This document shows, one piece after another, positions 1-13,879 of a DNA stretch of 64,000 nt (within the stretch, counting starts at the first letter, position 1; each line of letters begins with the position of its first letter). Below the pieces are notes generated by a model. The model was not told the DNA's origin. It saw only the letters and a list, made by a program, of their open reading frames with translations, and made no database searches. Origin of the DNA: the human T2T-CHM13v2.0 reference genome, Homo sapiens; NCBI RefSeq assembly GCF_009914755.1, contig NC_060947.1. One strand, 5' to 3'. Made by a program: the position numbers and the translations under genes.

Positions 1-1105
1 AATGGATGAGGTCACGAATCATATCAAGGTTTTTGATATAAATATGTGGACATAAGAGTTGCCAGAATCTGAGACAGAAAAAGTCGGAGGAGCAGATTTT
101 GAAGGGAGGGTCAGGAGTTCTGTTTTGAATATTGTCTCAGCTTGGTTTTCCCAAAAAGCAGACAGTGAAAGAAGGGATTGTGTGTAGGAAGTAAATTTTG
201 GAAAGTGATCCCCAAAATAAGAATGGAGGATCAGTAAAAGTGAAATAAAGAAGTGAGGCAAGTCAAAGGGTGAGTTTTTGAGCTGGTCACAGCTGAGAGC
301 AGCTGAAGCTTGATCTTACAGGGCACCCTCTGAAGAGCTTGTAAAATGCTTGGGAGAATTGTCTGCTCAAATACAAAAGAGGGAGGCAGTCATGAATGAT
401 TCTTTCTCTTCTAGATCAAGGGATGTCCCATGATGTGTTAACCCTCTCACACTTCCAGGCTTGCACATGCCTCAGAATGGCTGAGTGGGTTGCTACAGGC
501 ATTCCACATACAAGTAGCAGAAAAGGCAGGAATGAGAGCTATCTGATGCAGTTGAAAAAAACGTGTTGTTAGTGTATATCTGCATGCAGCTAGTAGGCGC
601 AGCAATAGCTGGAATAAAAAGGTGGGGTGAAAATGCGAGGTGAATCAGAGGTGTCCGATACAGATATGTTAAGTTTGAGATACGTATCAGACATGCAAGT
701 GGAAATAAAAAATAACCAGCTGGATATATGAATCCGAATTTCAAGGGAGAGGTCAAAGCTGGTGATGTAAGTGTTTTCTGTATATAAATGATATTAACCG
801 TATGAAAGAGGATGATCTGACCAAGGGAATAAGTGTAGCAAAGGTAAGAGAAGAGGTCTGAAGGCTGGATTCTCAGGCTGTCTGATGTTTAATAGTTGGG
901 AGGATGAGAAGGATCCAATAAAAGAGAGTTAGAAGAATGGTCAGTAGGATAAGAGGAGGCTCAGAATATGATATCTTGAAAACCAGGTAAAGAAGAAACA
1001 GTGAATGATCAGCGGTGTCAAATGCTGCTGAAAGGTCAAGATGAAAACTAAGAATTGACCATTGAATTTAGCACCATGGAGACCTCGGTGATCTTGACAA
1101 GAGCT
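1..1105 (-). mobile_element. L2 LINE relic, split by an LTR at 133-662
   Basis: Joining the flanks of the LTR restores the L2 antisense motif gagttctgttttgaatat-gttaagtttgagat. aatgctgctgaaaggtcaag...gaattgaccattgaatttagc at ~1020-1075 is also L2-like. Confidence 0.7.
133..662 (-). mobile_element. ERVL solo LTR, LTR16/LTR33-like
   Basis: TG...CA termini; tgtctcagcttggttttcccaaaaagcagac end resembles LTR16/33; imperfect 5-bp TSD aatat (128-132) / gatat (663-667). Confidence 0.65.
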
Positions 1106-1789
1106 AAGTATTTCAAGAAACTCTAAGAAAAATCATTAACCTAAATGTTGCGTTTCCTGCAAATAGTGGTAGGGAATGAAATAAGAAAGACCACGATGCA
1201 AAAATCAAACGCTGAAAAATGTCTGTAAGTCTGAAGATTGACAAACCACCTTAATGAGGTAGAAGGAAGGAGAAAACAATAGTCAGATGGTATGAACTTT
1301 AAAAGAAGTGAAGCTGTAAAACTGAAAAAAAAAAAAAAACTAAAAAGAAGTCACTCTGAGTAGACTTAGTTGTCAAATAATCCAGTGAACACCTTGGAGT
1401 AAATTGGTTATCATTGAGTAAATTATTTTTGGCTCAGTTAATTCAGCTAGTTAGTTCATAGTGTTAGAAAGAGAGAGGTCAATAATTTGATCTTCACCCT
1501 AGACAGCTCATCTGGCAAAGGAAAGAACACTGTCCCTTGGCCATGGCATACACTTCGGTCTTGCACAGCAATCTTGCAAATTATATTGGCCTAATGCTAA
1601 TCATAGTGGATCCCTGACATTAAGTGCAGAGGGCTCAGGGTATACCATTCCCTATTAACTAGGAAAACCATGCAGATATTTCTAATTGTATGTAAAGAGC
1701 ATCAGCTCTCATTATAGACCCATTTGAACACCAATGACTATATTTTATGAATGCCTTTCTACATATACATTACAGTATATTGATTAAGG

Positions 1790-1990
1790 GCATGATACTT
1801 AGTGTCCAGTAGACATATGTTCAAGTTTCAACTGGGCTGTTTACTATAACCTCCTTCTCCATGCCTCAATTTCATAAATTGTAAAATGGGGATTAGAAAT
1901 GTGGCTAAATATTACAGGGTTATTTTAAAGGTTAAATGAGATCATGCTTAACACAGTGTCTGACACATAATTAAAGATGAGCTATTATTG
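1790..1990 (+). mobile_element. MIR SINE
   Basis: Core motif cctcaatttcataaattgtaaaatggggatta...ggttaaatgagat. Confidence 0.65.
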
Positions 1991-2886
1991 TTCTTTAAAA
2001 TGGGTAAGCACGAGGATTTACTTGCTGAAGTATAATGGTTTACAAGGTCCCATCCTGCTGTCGTTGTTATTCTAGAAGCATTTTTCTGTAACAGCTTTCA
2101 ACTTCATTTTAAACTTGGGAACTCACCAGAGACTGATTTTTGTTTTGTTTCAGCTGTTCAGAAGTCACCTATGAAGTTAAGCCTCTTATGTGGATTAAGT
2201 CAATGGCAATATTGATTTATACTTTTTATGAGCTACCAATTCTAGTTATCCTAACCTTTCAAGGAAGAAAAAAAATCCCTTGGAAGATTAGAAACTCTTT
2301 CATTCTCACTCTGAGTAGACTTAGTTGTAAAATAATCCAGTAAATGCTTAGTTAGGAAGGCCATCTGTATCATAAAGAGCAATATTTCCATTTATTCAAA
2401 CTACAACATCAATAGAATCTGCCTCCCATAATCTAGCAATAAAGGACACTGTTTGGACTAATTTGTTCAAAATTTTAACAGTTCCTGAACTTCACAATAA
2501 AATGATCCACTAGTATGTACAGAATTTTTAATAAATATGGCTATGTAATGATAGTAACTGAAGTAATAGTTGTTGGTAGTAATTGGATCATAAAACCTTT
2601 CAAATGAGTTTGTGGCATGAAGGCAACAGAGAACGTGATGAAGAACACTATGGGGAAAGACTCATCTGCTGTTGAAGATTCACTAAAACTCCATTTATGG
2701 GGTCAATGCCATCAGGATGTATTAGAGGGAGCACAAGATCTACTGCTGAGCTATTTTGCATAAAGTTTACATAATCTACAGTGTACAAAAGCCATGATGC
2801 TTTAACAAGTTGTAGTCAAGCAAGACTCTTCTAAACCAACTGATTAATGTGCATAAAAAAGATAAATGTTAGGAATTTTATTTTAA

Positions 2887-3232
<346 letters not shown>

Positions 3233-3749
3233 CATTTTTATCAGAGACATTCTCTAGAAGATTTGAACTGAAAACAATTCTCCAGTGTTTCATAGCAGCT
3301 TAATTGGAGGTATTACAACTGTAGTTACCATGATAGGACTAAGAATTTTGTTAAACCTGTTTCCACTATTGCTCTATTTCTATACCATGAAGTTACAGAG
3401 CAAGGGCATGGGAACTTAAGATCCTCAACAAAGTCCGACTGGCTGGTGTGGAGATAGGATTCTCCCTTATTCCTATGTATAAAGTTCCAATTCATTCTGT
3501 TATTTACAGTGACACAACTTACTAGATCCTAAGTATGAAGAGAAAATCTCTCTCTGAAAATGGCTGAAACTGGCAATCTGTGTGTTAAAAGCATCTGTGA
3601 AAGGATTTGACAATCAGGAATAATTCTTGTGTCCTGGCACTTTTCAGAATGATTTATGTATACAATTTCCATTGATCCTCTGCACCACAGCGAGGAAACA
3701 TCCTCACTTTACATAAGTGGAAACAAAACGTTGTAAAAGTTATCTCATT

Positions 3750-4400
3750 ATAAGAAAAAAACTGTTGAGCACTTACTATATGACAGGGTTTATAAAAGTA
3801 AATAAGGCATAGTTCCTGACCTCAATAAGTTTACAGTCTAGGTGGAGAAACAAACAAGCCAATTACAATTCATGGTGATTAGTGCTACAGTAGTAATAAG
3901 TACAGACTGCTGTAGGAGTATACAGCAGGAGCATCCACCCAAGATTGCACGGCACCAAGGCAGGCTTTCCAGAGCAAGTAGTTTCTAGGTAGAGACTCTA
4001 ATGGAGACTCACAGGCTGAGAAGTACCTAGCCAAGTAAAAAATTAGAGGACAATCCCATTACAAATTGATCCACTTTATTGTTCCTTCCCCTAGAGGGGA
4101 AGAATGGGTTTGGAACAGTGTTTCAGTCAGAGATGAGAGCTGGTGCAAATGTACCCAGGAGTATAGCCAAATTTGGATCAATAGGAATAATTTTATCAGA
4201 TCCAAAAACATAAAAGAAATGAGGTGCCATGCCTTTAAGATTGGTAGGGGTATAGCTGAATGGCATGTACCATGAAGTAGGTTTAGTATTTTATTGAGGC
4301 TTGTTGGTTTTTAACATAGGGTAGAGGAGTCTTAGTGCTGTAGTAAAGAATTTGGTTTGTAGAGCATAGGATAATGAAGAGTAGGCTCCAAAGGCACCCT
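3750..4400 (-). mobile_element. L2 3' region relic
   Basis: tgttgagcacttactatatgacagg...cctgacctcaataagtttacagtctaggtggaga is typical antisense L2 3' end. Confidence 0.6.
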
Positions 4401-6033
4401 TGATGGAGAAACAGTGGCCTCAGGGGAAAGCCATCCTTGAGGCACATTGAAAAGTGAGAGGAGCCATATGAGAGGGTTGCAGGGGAAAGGGGGCCCAAGG
4501 CTTCATTTATTCAACTCAATTCATTAATTCATTCAGGAAATATTTCCTAAGCACTTATTCTGTGATGATACTGTGCTAGGCTATTAAGTAAAAGAGCAAT
4601 TTGAACCCAAATTGCTATTAGTTCAGTATTCTTTCTATTATACCATCATGAATAATTAAGCAACAAATACATCAAAACAAAAACAATCAACTTTTTAATT
4701 CAATTTACTAAATGTTTGTTAAATACTTGACCTATTACGTGCAAAATATTGCACTGTATCAAAGTATCTACTTACTGGTTAATGGTTGTTGGTTATACTC
4801 CATGCTCTCTAAGAGGAAAGGACCAGTGGAATTTTAGTAAAATGTGCTTAGTACTAAATACTGTCAAACACTAGAAAATGGTAGAAATTTCCTGATGCCT
4901 TCAAAATCAGTGATCAACAAATAGGTATTGAATACTTCTTTTGGAAATAGTGATTGCTGAGTTGAACTCTGGTGAGACTTAAGTATAAGTAGAATGAAAG
5001 TTTATGTAGAATTATAATAATGTAGGCAGTAAAAAATCAACACACTATCACAAAAGCTTGGTGATAGGGCTGAAATAGAATCAAATTTTATGTAATTTTT
5101 AGCTGGGTAGGCTTAGTGTGGTCCTGCCTGAAAGGTATGTTCTCTCAAGGTCCTTGACAGCCTTGTGATTCAGTTTTAAGTGCTATGAACTTTGGTTCCG
5201 AACCTGAGTAATAAAAACTGCATAATTGTTTTCCTTTTATAGTTCCCATGTTTTAAAGCTTTATTTTAGTAAAAGTGCACGTGTTTTACCAAAAGAATGA
5301 CTGTGAAAAGTCTGTTTAGTTTGTTAAAAAGGCAACTTTCTCAAGACACTCTTGTTGAATTCGGATGTCATGTAAGATTATAAATTCTACTGTGACAGAC
5401 TTCACAGTATTCTTATGAAGTCACAATTCTAACAACATAGGCTTCAGACTTTATATTGAAATGTACATTTTAATCCCACAGTACATAAATACATGCAAAT
5501 AAAAGTTTCAAATATACATTTTGAATCATCTTATTAGTACAGTGCAGCCACAATTAATAAAAAAAACCACAGAATAAAAAGTAGCCTTGTTTAATTGGAA
5601 TATCTACATTTCCATTCACCCCAGTAGTTGGCATTGATAAAAATGAGACAAATATCAAAAATACAAAGCCACCTCCAAGCTTTTAGGTTCTCTTCATTTC
5701 TACATTGAGGCCATTCTTCAATGGCTTCTATATCTATAGTCTAGTGCAATGAAAGTGGAAGCAGCTGACCAGAATAACATCCTTCTGTGTATACAAACAA
5801 TGTTCTAAACCAATTCCACATCCAAATGCAATTCTACAAACCAAGGAGTGGTATAAAGAAGACACATGTATTTTAGAAAGCCTTTAGCCAATAAATTTTA
5901 GACTAACTCTTGTTAACTGCAAAGGGTTATGAACTTGGACTTCAGTTGTGTAATTATTTTATCTAAACTTGATTTTTATGTTATGACAAAACATCATTTA
6001 CTAAAACTACCACATACTTTTCTATGAAAAGTT

Positions 6034-6036
<3 letters not shown>

Positions 6037-6073
<37 letters not shown>
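6037..6073. repeat. (TA)n microsatellite
   Basis: Pure AT dinucleotide run. Confidence 0.95.
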
Positions 6074-6078
<5 letters not shown>

Positions 6079-6734
6079 ATCAATGTGACAAATAGGGAAA
6101 ATTCTAATTTGAGTCTCTTTCCAACTTAATTTACCAAAAGAAAGTGCTGTTATACATTTAATAAATTAATTTGTTCAATAAATATTCACTGAATACATAT
6201 TATGTGCCAAATACTGTTCCAAGCTCTAAAGTAAATTATAAAATCATGGTGGCAGAATGATGGTACAGCCAGCCCGCTTGTAGCTTGTACTTTTAAGTTA
6301 AATTGATCAGGTATGTTCCCTGGTCCATTGGCCAGATGCTTTGGTACTGCCAATCATATTGCAGATTCGAAAGAACACACTGACTAAATATCCTGGCTGT
6401 GTGTTATGGTTAGAATGCTTCAGAAATCAGGTTGATTGTCCTCTATCCTAGAGGTAGTCTGAAGGAAACCAATAAGAAACATAAAGCTTGCCAACCACTA
6501 GCACTTGACAAGCATACCTGGGGCTTAGAGTATGTGGGATGGGAAGCTGCAGGAGAAAAAGGAGCATAAGCATCCATGTTTGAATGTTAGTTGCTGCTCC
6601 ATATAACATCTCTTCTGTTTTGCCTTTCCATTATCATATACTAGTACATCTTGCTTAAGAAAATGCAATCAATAGAAAAAAATTAGAGAACAACCCCATT
6701 ACAAATTGATTCACTTCACTGTTCCTTATGTATG

Positions 6735-6737
<3 letters not shown>

Positions 6738-6770
<33 letters not shown>
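6738..6770. repeat. (TG)n microsatellite
   Basis: Pure GT dinucleotide run. Confidence 0.95.
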
Positions 6771-6776
<6 letters not shown>

Positions 6777-9603
6777 ATCTGATTACTAAATATATGACAT
6801 TAGTATGTATATGTATTCATATAAAACATACAATAAAATTCTGCATTTCTTGTGACCATCTCATTTATCAAAACCACAGATTACTTTTTTCAAGTCAGTG
6901 AAGGTAATTTTTGACCATATTTATTGAATAATTTGAGACACATTAGCATTCAGCCTGGTTGTATGTCAATGTGATAATTTTTTAAGTGTTCTTGAAACTT
7001 TGGACTTCAACCATTAATGAGAAGACATAATTGGACTTTAGTAGTGAAGCCTTATAAATATCTCAGTTGAAGCTTGAGAAATAAATCTTAACTCAAACCT
7101 TTAAATTTCATGAAAGGTTTGGGTGTGTCCTTATTAATTATTTTTGCCTTTGAGCTTATTTCTAACTGCTTTCTTCCATGACATAAAAGACACAAAGGGT
7201 CATTTCCTCTAACAGTTTGACTCTGGTGTAACAAAACTAAATACTTCATGTGTCACAAGAATGACTGGCACCAAAATAGCACTGCATATGGCTCAGTTTA
7301 TACTGGTGGGACAGAAGAATTCTCATCTTTTGGTATAAATGCTTCAAATGAGAATATTGTCAAGGTCTCAAGGGATTCAAAGTTTATCTTCCGTCACCTC
7401 TAGACCCTTTCAGAATTATAATGAGAAAAAAGTGTTGAAAATAAACAGAACTTATTTGTATATGGAGCCAGTTCTGCATCACAGATGACCAAAAAAAGCA
7501 GAATAACAGTTTGCTGACAGGATGATTTCCTGACAGGACATGTTGGCATACCTCATGGTTATGCCTTTGCAGATATTTAAAACTGCTTTTGACTGTTAAT
7601 ATGAAATATTGCTACATTTCAAAATGCCATTTCTGAATCTTCCTCAAATCCTTGTAATAAAAGAGAAGCAGCATGTAATTTGGATATAGTTCCAATAAAT
7701 CCTATGAACTGAAACCCTCCGAGGTTCCCTGTCATCTACTGAATCAAATCCATGTCTTTTCACTTCACTCTTTAGGTTTAGCAACTGATTCCTTCTATAT
7801 TTCACTAACTTTCCTTTTACATCATTCTTGAACAGTCCCGCTACTTCAGCCATGTTATCTATTGTGTTAGCCATGATATCTATTCAGATTATCTTACTGA
7901 CCCGTGTCTCTGCCTCTTTGTGTTAATTATATAATAAATGGGTCCTAAAGTATTAAAAGAAAAAAAGACAAAGCTCTTTTTCCCAGTCTTCACAGTCCCA
8001 TGAATATGTATCCCCTTTGATCCTGCCCAGTAGCTGAAGTAATTTAAAAGGAGGAACAAAATTATGTACCCCAAAAACCAGTTGCTTTGTTTCCCAGGGG
8101 ACAATCATCTATGTGACACTTAGCCAGGGAGTCAGTCTTTTCCTTCTGATATTATGTAGATCCTCAAAAGAAATACACAATTCCATTTGGTGAAGAGTTA
8201 TTTAAGAAGAAAACACTAGAATCAATTCTCATACTATGGTACAGTTTTTAATCTAGATTTAGGAAGAAGCAGCAAAGGGTTGAACATAGAATTGAGCAAA
8301 GTGGGCTCAGAGATAGACCACAGAAATAGAATGAATGCGCAGAGGCAAGAGCTATTTTCAGACTGAGATCAAAAAGTCATGTAGCCTCAGAAGCAGCAAG
8401 ACCAAAGAATTTTGAAACTGACCTAGCTTTTCCTAGCTAAAGAATGTCCACAAAGAGACGTGATGGTCAAAGGTAAAATTACATTTGTGTAATACGTATG
8501 TAGTTAGCTGTAATTGTATATTGTTTCATAAAGTTAATTTAAGAATATATATAGCAAATTATTTAAATCAAATTTAGCCCTACTAGGTGACTCCTACCAT
8601 TTGGTAATAAATTGGTATCTAGGAAGTGATGGACTGTCACTGACTGTGGTTACCTATACTCCTAGCTAACTGATGAAGGGGAAAGAGGGAGTTTTACAGA
8701 AATGATGACCTTCAAAAAGATGCCTGAAGGTGCAACATCTACACTGCACCACTATAAACCTCCCTCCTCCATTTATCCACTTTTCTGGCTTCTTTCCCTT
8801 CTCCAATACTGGGTTCCAGACTTACCTGTACAATATATACATTCATACTCATCAGCAAAATTTGTAAAATCATTTATATGAAGGGATGTGTTGTATAAAT
8901 GTTTATATAAGGAAATATTACCTCTCTTGTTAGAAACAAAACCCAGACCATCTGTGGTTTTGGCACTAAGTGGAAAACTTCCTAGTTGATGGTGACAGTA
9001 GTAAATCAAGATGACATAATGGCAAGGGAGGGTGAAATGTAGGGGCAGAGTTTACTGCTTGGTTGCCTCCCACCACCATGATAATTATCTTTACATCACA
9101 GGGTTGCAAATAAGGACTAAATAAAAAATATATGCAAGCTCAGTTAGCAGAGTACTTGGCACATAGTGGTCAACAATATTTATTGTCATTAATGTTCCCA
9201 CATCTCCATCTACAGTTCCACCTCACCTGAGCTCTAGATAGGCATGTGCAATTCTGTTTTGGCCTCGTCAAAAACTTACCTCACTACTCATCTGAAGCCT
9301 TTGACTTGATTCACACTTTCAGCACATAACCCTGTCTCTCATTTTTCTTGGGTGAGACCATCAAGTCATAAACTACTTTAACTTCTCACCACTATATTTT
9401 GTAATTTACTTCCTGTCTTAGAGGATGCAGTGAACATTCCCCTTTCAAAGCCTTTCCTTCCAACTGAGATCCAGAAACATTCTCCAGTTGAGCCTTATGG
9501 CAATAAACTCATCTACATTCACTTGCACTCACCCTTCAAATCCTTGTGAGTTGGCATCTTTCTCTAATATTATTGAATATTATTGAAACTGCTTATTTTA
9601 AGG

Positions 9604-9780
9604 CAGTGGATCCCTATCTTGGATGCACATTGGCATCCCCCAAGGATATTTTTTTTAAATGCCTGAGTCCCGCCCACTGGAAATTCTGATTTAATTGGTC
9701 TGGGGAACAGTCTTGGAATTGAGGTTTGTAAAACTCTCCAGATGATTTTAATGTCCAGTCAAAGTGGACAATCTCTAGTC
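9604..9780. mobile_element. MER5-family hAT-Charlie MITE
   Basis: cagtgg... start, gaaattctgatttaattggtctgggg core, ctccagatgattttaatg near the end. Confidence 0.7.
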
Positions 9781-10054
9781 TAAAGTCAGCAATGACCTTC
9801 TAAACTGGCTGTGTTACTGTCTTTATTTGACAATATTAGTTACATCTTCCTGCTGAAAAGTCTCCTCCTTTGGCTTATGTGATACTCATTCCTTTTTGTT
9901 CTTCTATGACATATCAAGACCACTTCATTGCTTCTGCCCACTATTTTAAATTCAGTGCTTCTGAGGGTAAGATAATTGGCTCTCATTATTTCTGATTGTA
10001 TGTATTTTCACTGGTCATCTCTTTTACTCCCGTAGTTTCATAGAATAGAACCAC

Positions 10055-10152
10055 CTATTTCTATTTCTAAGAAAAATTACATTGGGATTTTGATAGGGAT
10101 TACATTGAATCTATTGATCACTTTGGGTAATATGGACATTTTAGCAATATTA
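10055..10152 (-). mobile_element. Short old L1M ORF2 fragment
   Basis: attgggattttgatagggattacattgaatcta...tttgggtaatatggacatttta is antisense L1 ORF2. Confidence 0.7.
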
Positions 10153-10185
10153 CATGTCTCCAAACACATGCATAAACAGATACAA

Positions 10186-10193
10186 CACACGCG

Positions 10194-10227
<34 letters not shown>
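10186..10227. repeat. (CA)n microsatellite with cgcg interruptions
   Basis: Direct reading. Confidence 0.9.
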
Positions 10228-10232
<5 letters not shown>

Positions 10233-10274
10233 CATTTCTTTAAAATTGATCTAAATTTACAGCAGTCTATCTGT

Positions 10275-10510
10275 CCATAGTAGTTATGACAGTGGGCTCT
10301 AATTTCAGACTGCCTGGGTTCCGATGCTAGTTCTATCACTTACTACCTCTGTAATATTGGGCAAGTTACTTAGCATCTCTGTGCTTATTTTATTCATTGT
10401 AAAATGGGTATAATAATGATCCCAACCTTATAGCATTGCTGGGAAGATTAAATAACAGAATCCATTTAAAGTGCCTTACTTCCGGTCTGTTGTTGCATAA
10501 ATGCTAGATA
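10275..10510 (+). mobile_element. MIR SINE
   Basis: cagactgcctgggttc...ttgggcaagttacttagcatctctgtgc...tgtaaaatgggtataataat. Confidence 0.8.
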
Positions 10511-11582
10511 TTTCTCTCATAATCAATGTCACCATGCCCTAGGCAGAATACACGGCATGGTTCTAGCTTCTAGACCCCCATGGTACTTTACATATACCAC
10601 TATTATCACATCAATCATATTGCATCACTATTGCTGATTGACATGTACCTTCCCAACTGTACTATGAATTTATTGAGGGCAAAGATTGCTTCTTACTCAC
10701 CTATAAACTTCATAGTTTAACAAAGAACTTTGTACAGATAAGCAAACCAAAGTTTAGAAATAGGTTTTGTCCTTTTTCAACTCTAATTGATTGACAATGC
10801 TTGCGTGAAATGCCATTTTGAAAGGGATGTGAGGCTGAAGCTGGTCTCAACAGGGGAAAGAGCATCATGATTAATTAGGGATGTCTTCCATGGGACAAAT
10901 AGAGGGAGCAGTGGCACAAGTGTCATGGACATTCCATTCCAGTTTTAGATGCTGTGTAAGTAAATACTTATTGAATGAATTTTCATGAACAAATGTTACT
11001 AGTTGAAAGACATGAGCCAATTAGAGTTATTGTTAAATAACTTGGCTAATTTCTCTTACAGTCTAAGTTCTTTCAGAGCAGTCATTATGGATTTTGTGCT
11101 AGAAACTTGTGACATCTAGAAGCATAGTATGCTCACAGCAGACAATTCATTAAATGTGATCAAATTCTGCTGAAATTTTCATTTCATAGGTTTTGCCACA
11201 TTAATATTACACCTGCCATCTGTGATCTTTGCCATGTAAATACAGATCCTGAGATTAAGAGTTCTTTCAAGGATTTTGAAGGAACTGATATCTAAACTGT
11301 CTACATATAAGCAAACAATCATTTAAACTACTGCTAAATGCCTGATATAAGAATAGAGAAATGCACTTCTCAAATTTTGAGGGCAAAGACTGCACAGGTG
11401 GCAGTGCTGCTTAAGCATTTTTCCCTGTGGGATGAAGTGGCTTATCATACTGGGGCAAAAAGAGAGAAAATCATAGTCACTAGGGTACATTTATTTCAAG
11501 ATTAACTTCATTTACCTAGAACAGTACCTGGTACATAGTTTACATTAAATAAATGCTGATGCATAAGTGTATAAATGAACAA

Positions 11583-11645
11583 ATGGACGGATGGATAGAT
11601 GGATGGATGGATGGATGGATGGTTGGATGGATGGATGAATGGATG
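11583..11645. repeat. (GGAT)n tetranucleotide repeat at an L2 tail
   Basis: Direct reading; preceded by the L2 3'-end motif cctagaacagtacctggtacatag...aataaatg. Confidence 0.85.
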
Positions 11646-11701
11646 ACAGATAAACTTTGCTTCCATGTAATCTTGGCAAAAAAAAAAAAATTGGCAGTTT
11701 G

Positions 11702-12000
<299 letters not shown>

Positions 12001-13009
12001 TGGCAGTTTAAATTTTTTTCCACCAGATGGCAATAATGTGAGATATAGGTTTAGGTTGTAATCCTGAAGAGAAAAACAACCAACCAACCAAACAAAAATG
12101 CTATTCGGAGAAAAAGAAGCGTTAAAAGAACAGATTTAGATGACAGAAATGAAATGTTTGTGTCATCTGTAATACCTTAGGAGTCTATGACCTTGTGAGA
12201 CTTGTATCAGGTCCTCAACATACCTCCTTTTTATGCATGGATGACTTCTCATTCATAATTACTTTGCAGTAAAATGGAGATATTCAAAAACTAATCTTAT
12301 CTATATAAAATTATTGGCCAATTCACACAACTAAAATTATTACCCTTGGTATATATATCTCCATGCATTTATATTTTCATTTTTAATACTAATTTCTTAG
12401 TTAATTGATGCCTCCCTTGGATGTGAGGCTGCTTGGGAAAAATAGCTAGCCTGTGTGCCTCTAGGAAATCTTCCCCTGCTATTCAACCTGCCAAAAGTCA
12501 TATGAAATAAGCCTGCCTAGGGCTCATTCATCCTGTTAGCAAAGAATTGTGAATAATATTATATTAGTGTCCATCCCTTAATTCAAAAGCTTTTGGAAAA
12601 TAAGAAATTCAGTTTTAGAGTCCAGCATTCCACATATACATGGAGTAGGGCACTGCTGTTTTGGAAAATAAAGATAATATGAACATATCTTCAGCTGGTA
12701 TAGAGTATTTTCTCTTATTAATACTTCTCAAAACAAGTCTTCAATTGGATAAAACATTAACTTCCCTAAAAAGTGGAAATAAGCAGACTCAGGAATATTT
12801 CATGGTAAATTATAGAGCATATCATCTGCCCTTTTCTAATGATAATCAGAATGAAAAGGCGTTTAACCTCCTTATAAACGCTTGGTCACTGGAGGCTGGC
12901 AAGGTTGTTGAAGAAAATGAAGGGAAACTAACATTTTTTGAATTCCTGAAGATCATCACTCTCATGATGGCATTCAATACTTATCACAACCTCCTGACAT
13001 AGGTATGGA

Positions 13010-13250
13010 AGACAGTGTGGTATAGTGAAGAATGGGGGCTTTAGAGCCATCGACTTGATTTCTGATCCTAACTCTCACCTCTCCTTTAGCTGTGCAACCT
13101 CTGGCAAGTTATGTCTCTCCAAGCCTCAGTTATCTCATCTGTAAACTGGGGATAATAGCGCATACCTCATCAGGTGTTTATGAGGAGCAAATGTAAAGCA
13201 CCTTGCAGAGTGCTAGAATAGAATAGGTACAATTCCAAATTTATCATTAT
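13010..13250 (+). mobile_element. MIR SINE
   Basis: gacagtgtggtatagtg...ggcaagttatgtctctccaagcctcagttatctcatctgtaaactggggataatag. Confidence 0.8.
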
Positions 13251-13879
13251 TATTGTGATGATGGTGATGATGATGAAGTCAATTTTGCAGAAGAAAAAGC
13301 AGATTCAGAGCTGAAGTATCTTGCTTAAGTTTACATAACTAGTAAACTTAAAAGGCATCTAGTACCGTACCTGGTACCATAGCAGGTGCCCAATCAACAT
13401 TTTGTTTGCATTCATCCTTCCTGATCTAAAACTCAATTATTTTTTGAGATCTTCTTCCTTTAAAATAATGAGTTAGGCTCAACTTTACCTTGGTTGATGC
13501 AAGATTCAACTACTGACATACATTTGCAAAAATTAAAAACATTTTTTTCTGACTCACAGGTGGTAATACATGGACTAAGACAATAAAGAGGATTCCAGAT
13601 CTTACAAAAAAAGATGATAATTAGGCCCACTATTTCGCCTAACATAAGATAAGTCATTTCTCCTTCAAAGGGGTACATATTTTCCCTCCTAGGTGTCTCT
13701 ACTGATTGGCAGTCAGTGGCAGATGAGATACTGTTTCCAGACTTTTAGTTCCCGGGTCTGTATACTTTATTTTATATAAGTCAGTGCACTGAAGGATGGT
13801 GCTGGCTAAAAATATAAATTGGTTCAAAATGTGTTTATGTCAGTTCATGGATGATAGATTCAGGTTTTTGTCCTTGGCC

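Noticed and set aside
12661-13002. 113-aa ORF on the + strand
   Set aside because: Non-ATG (TTG) start, no recognisable domain, and a length compatible with chance.
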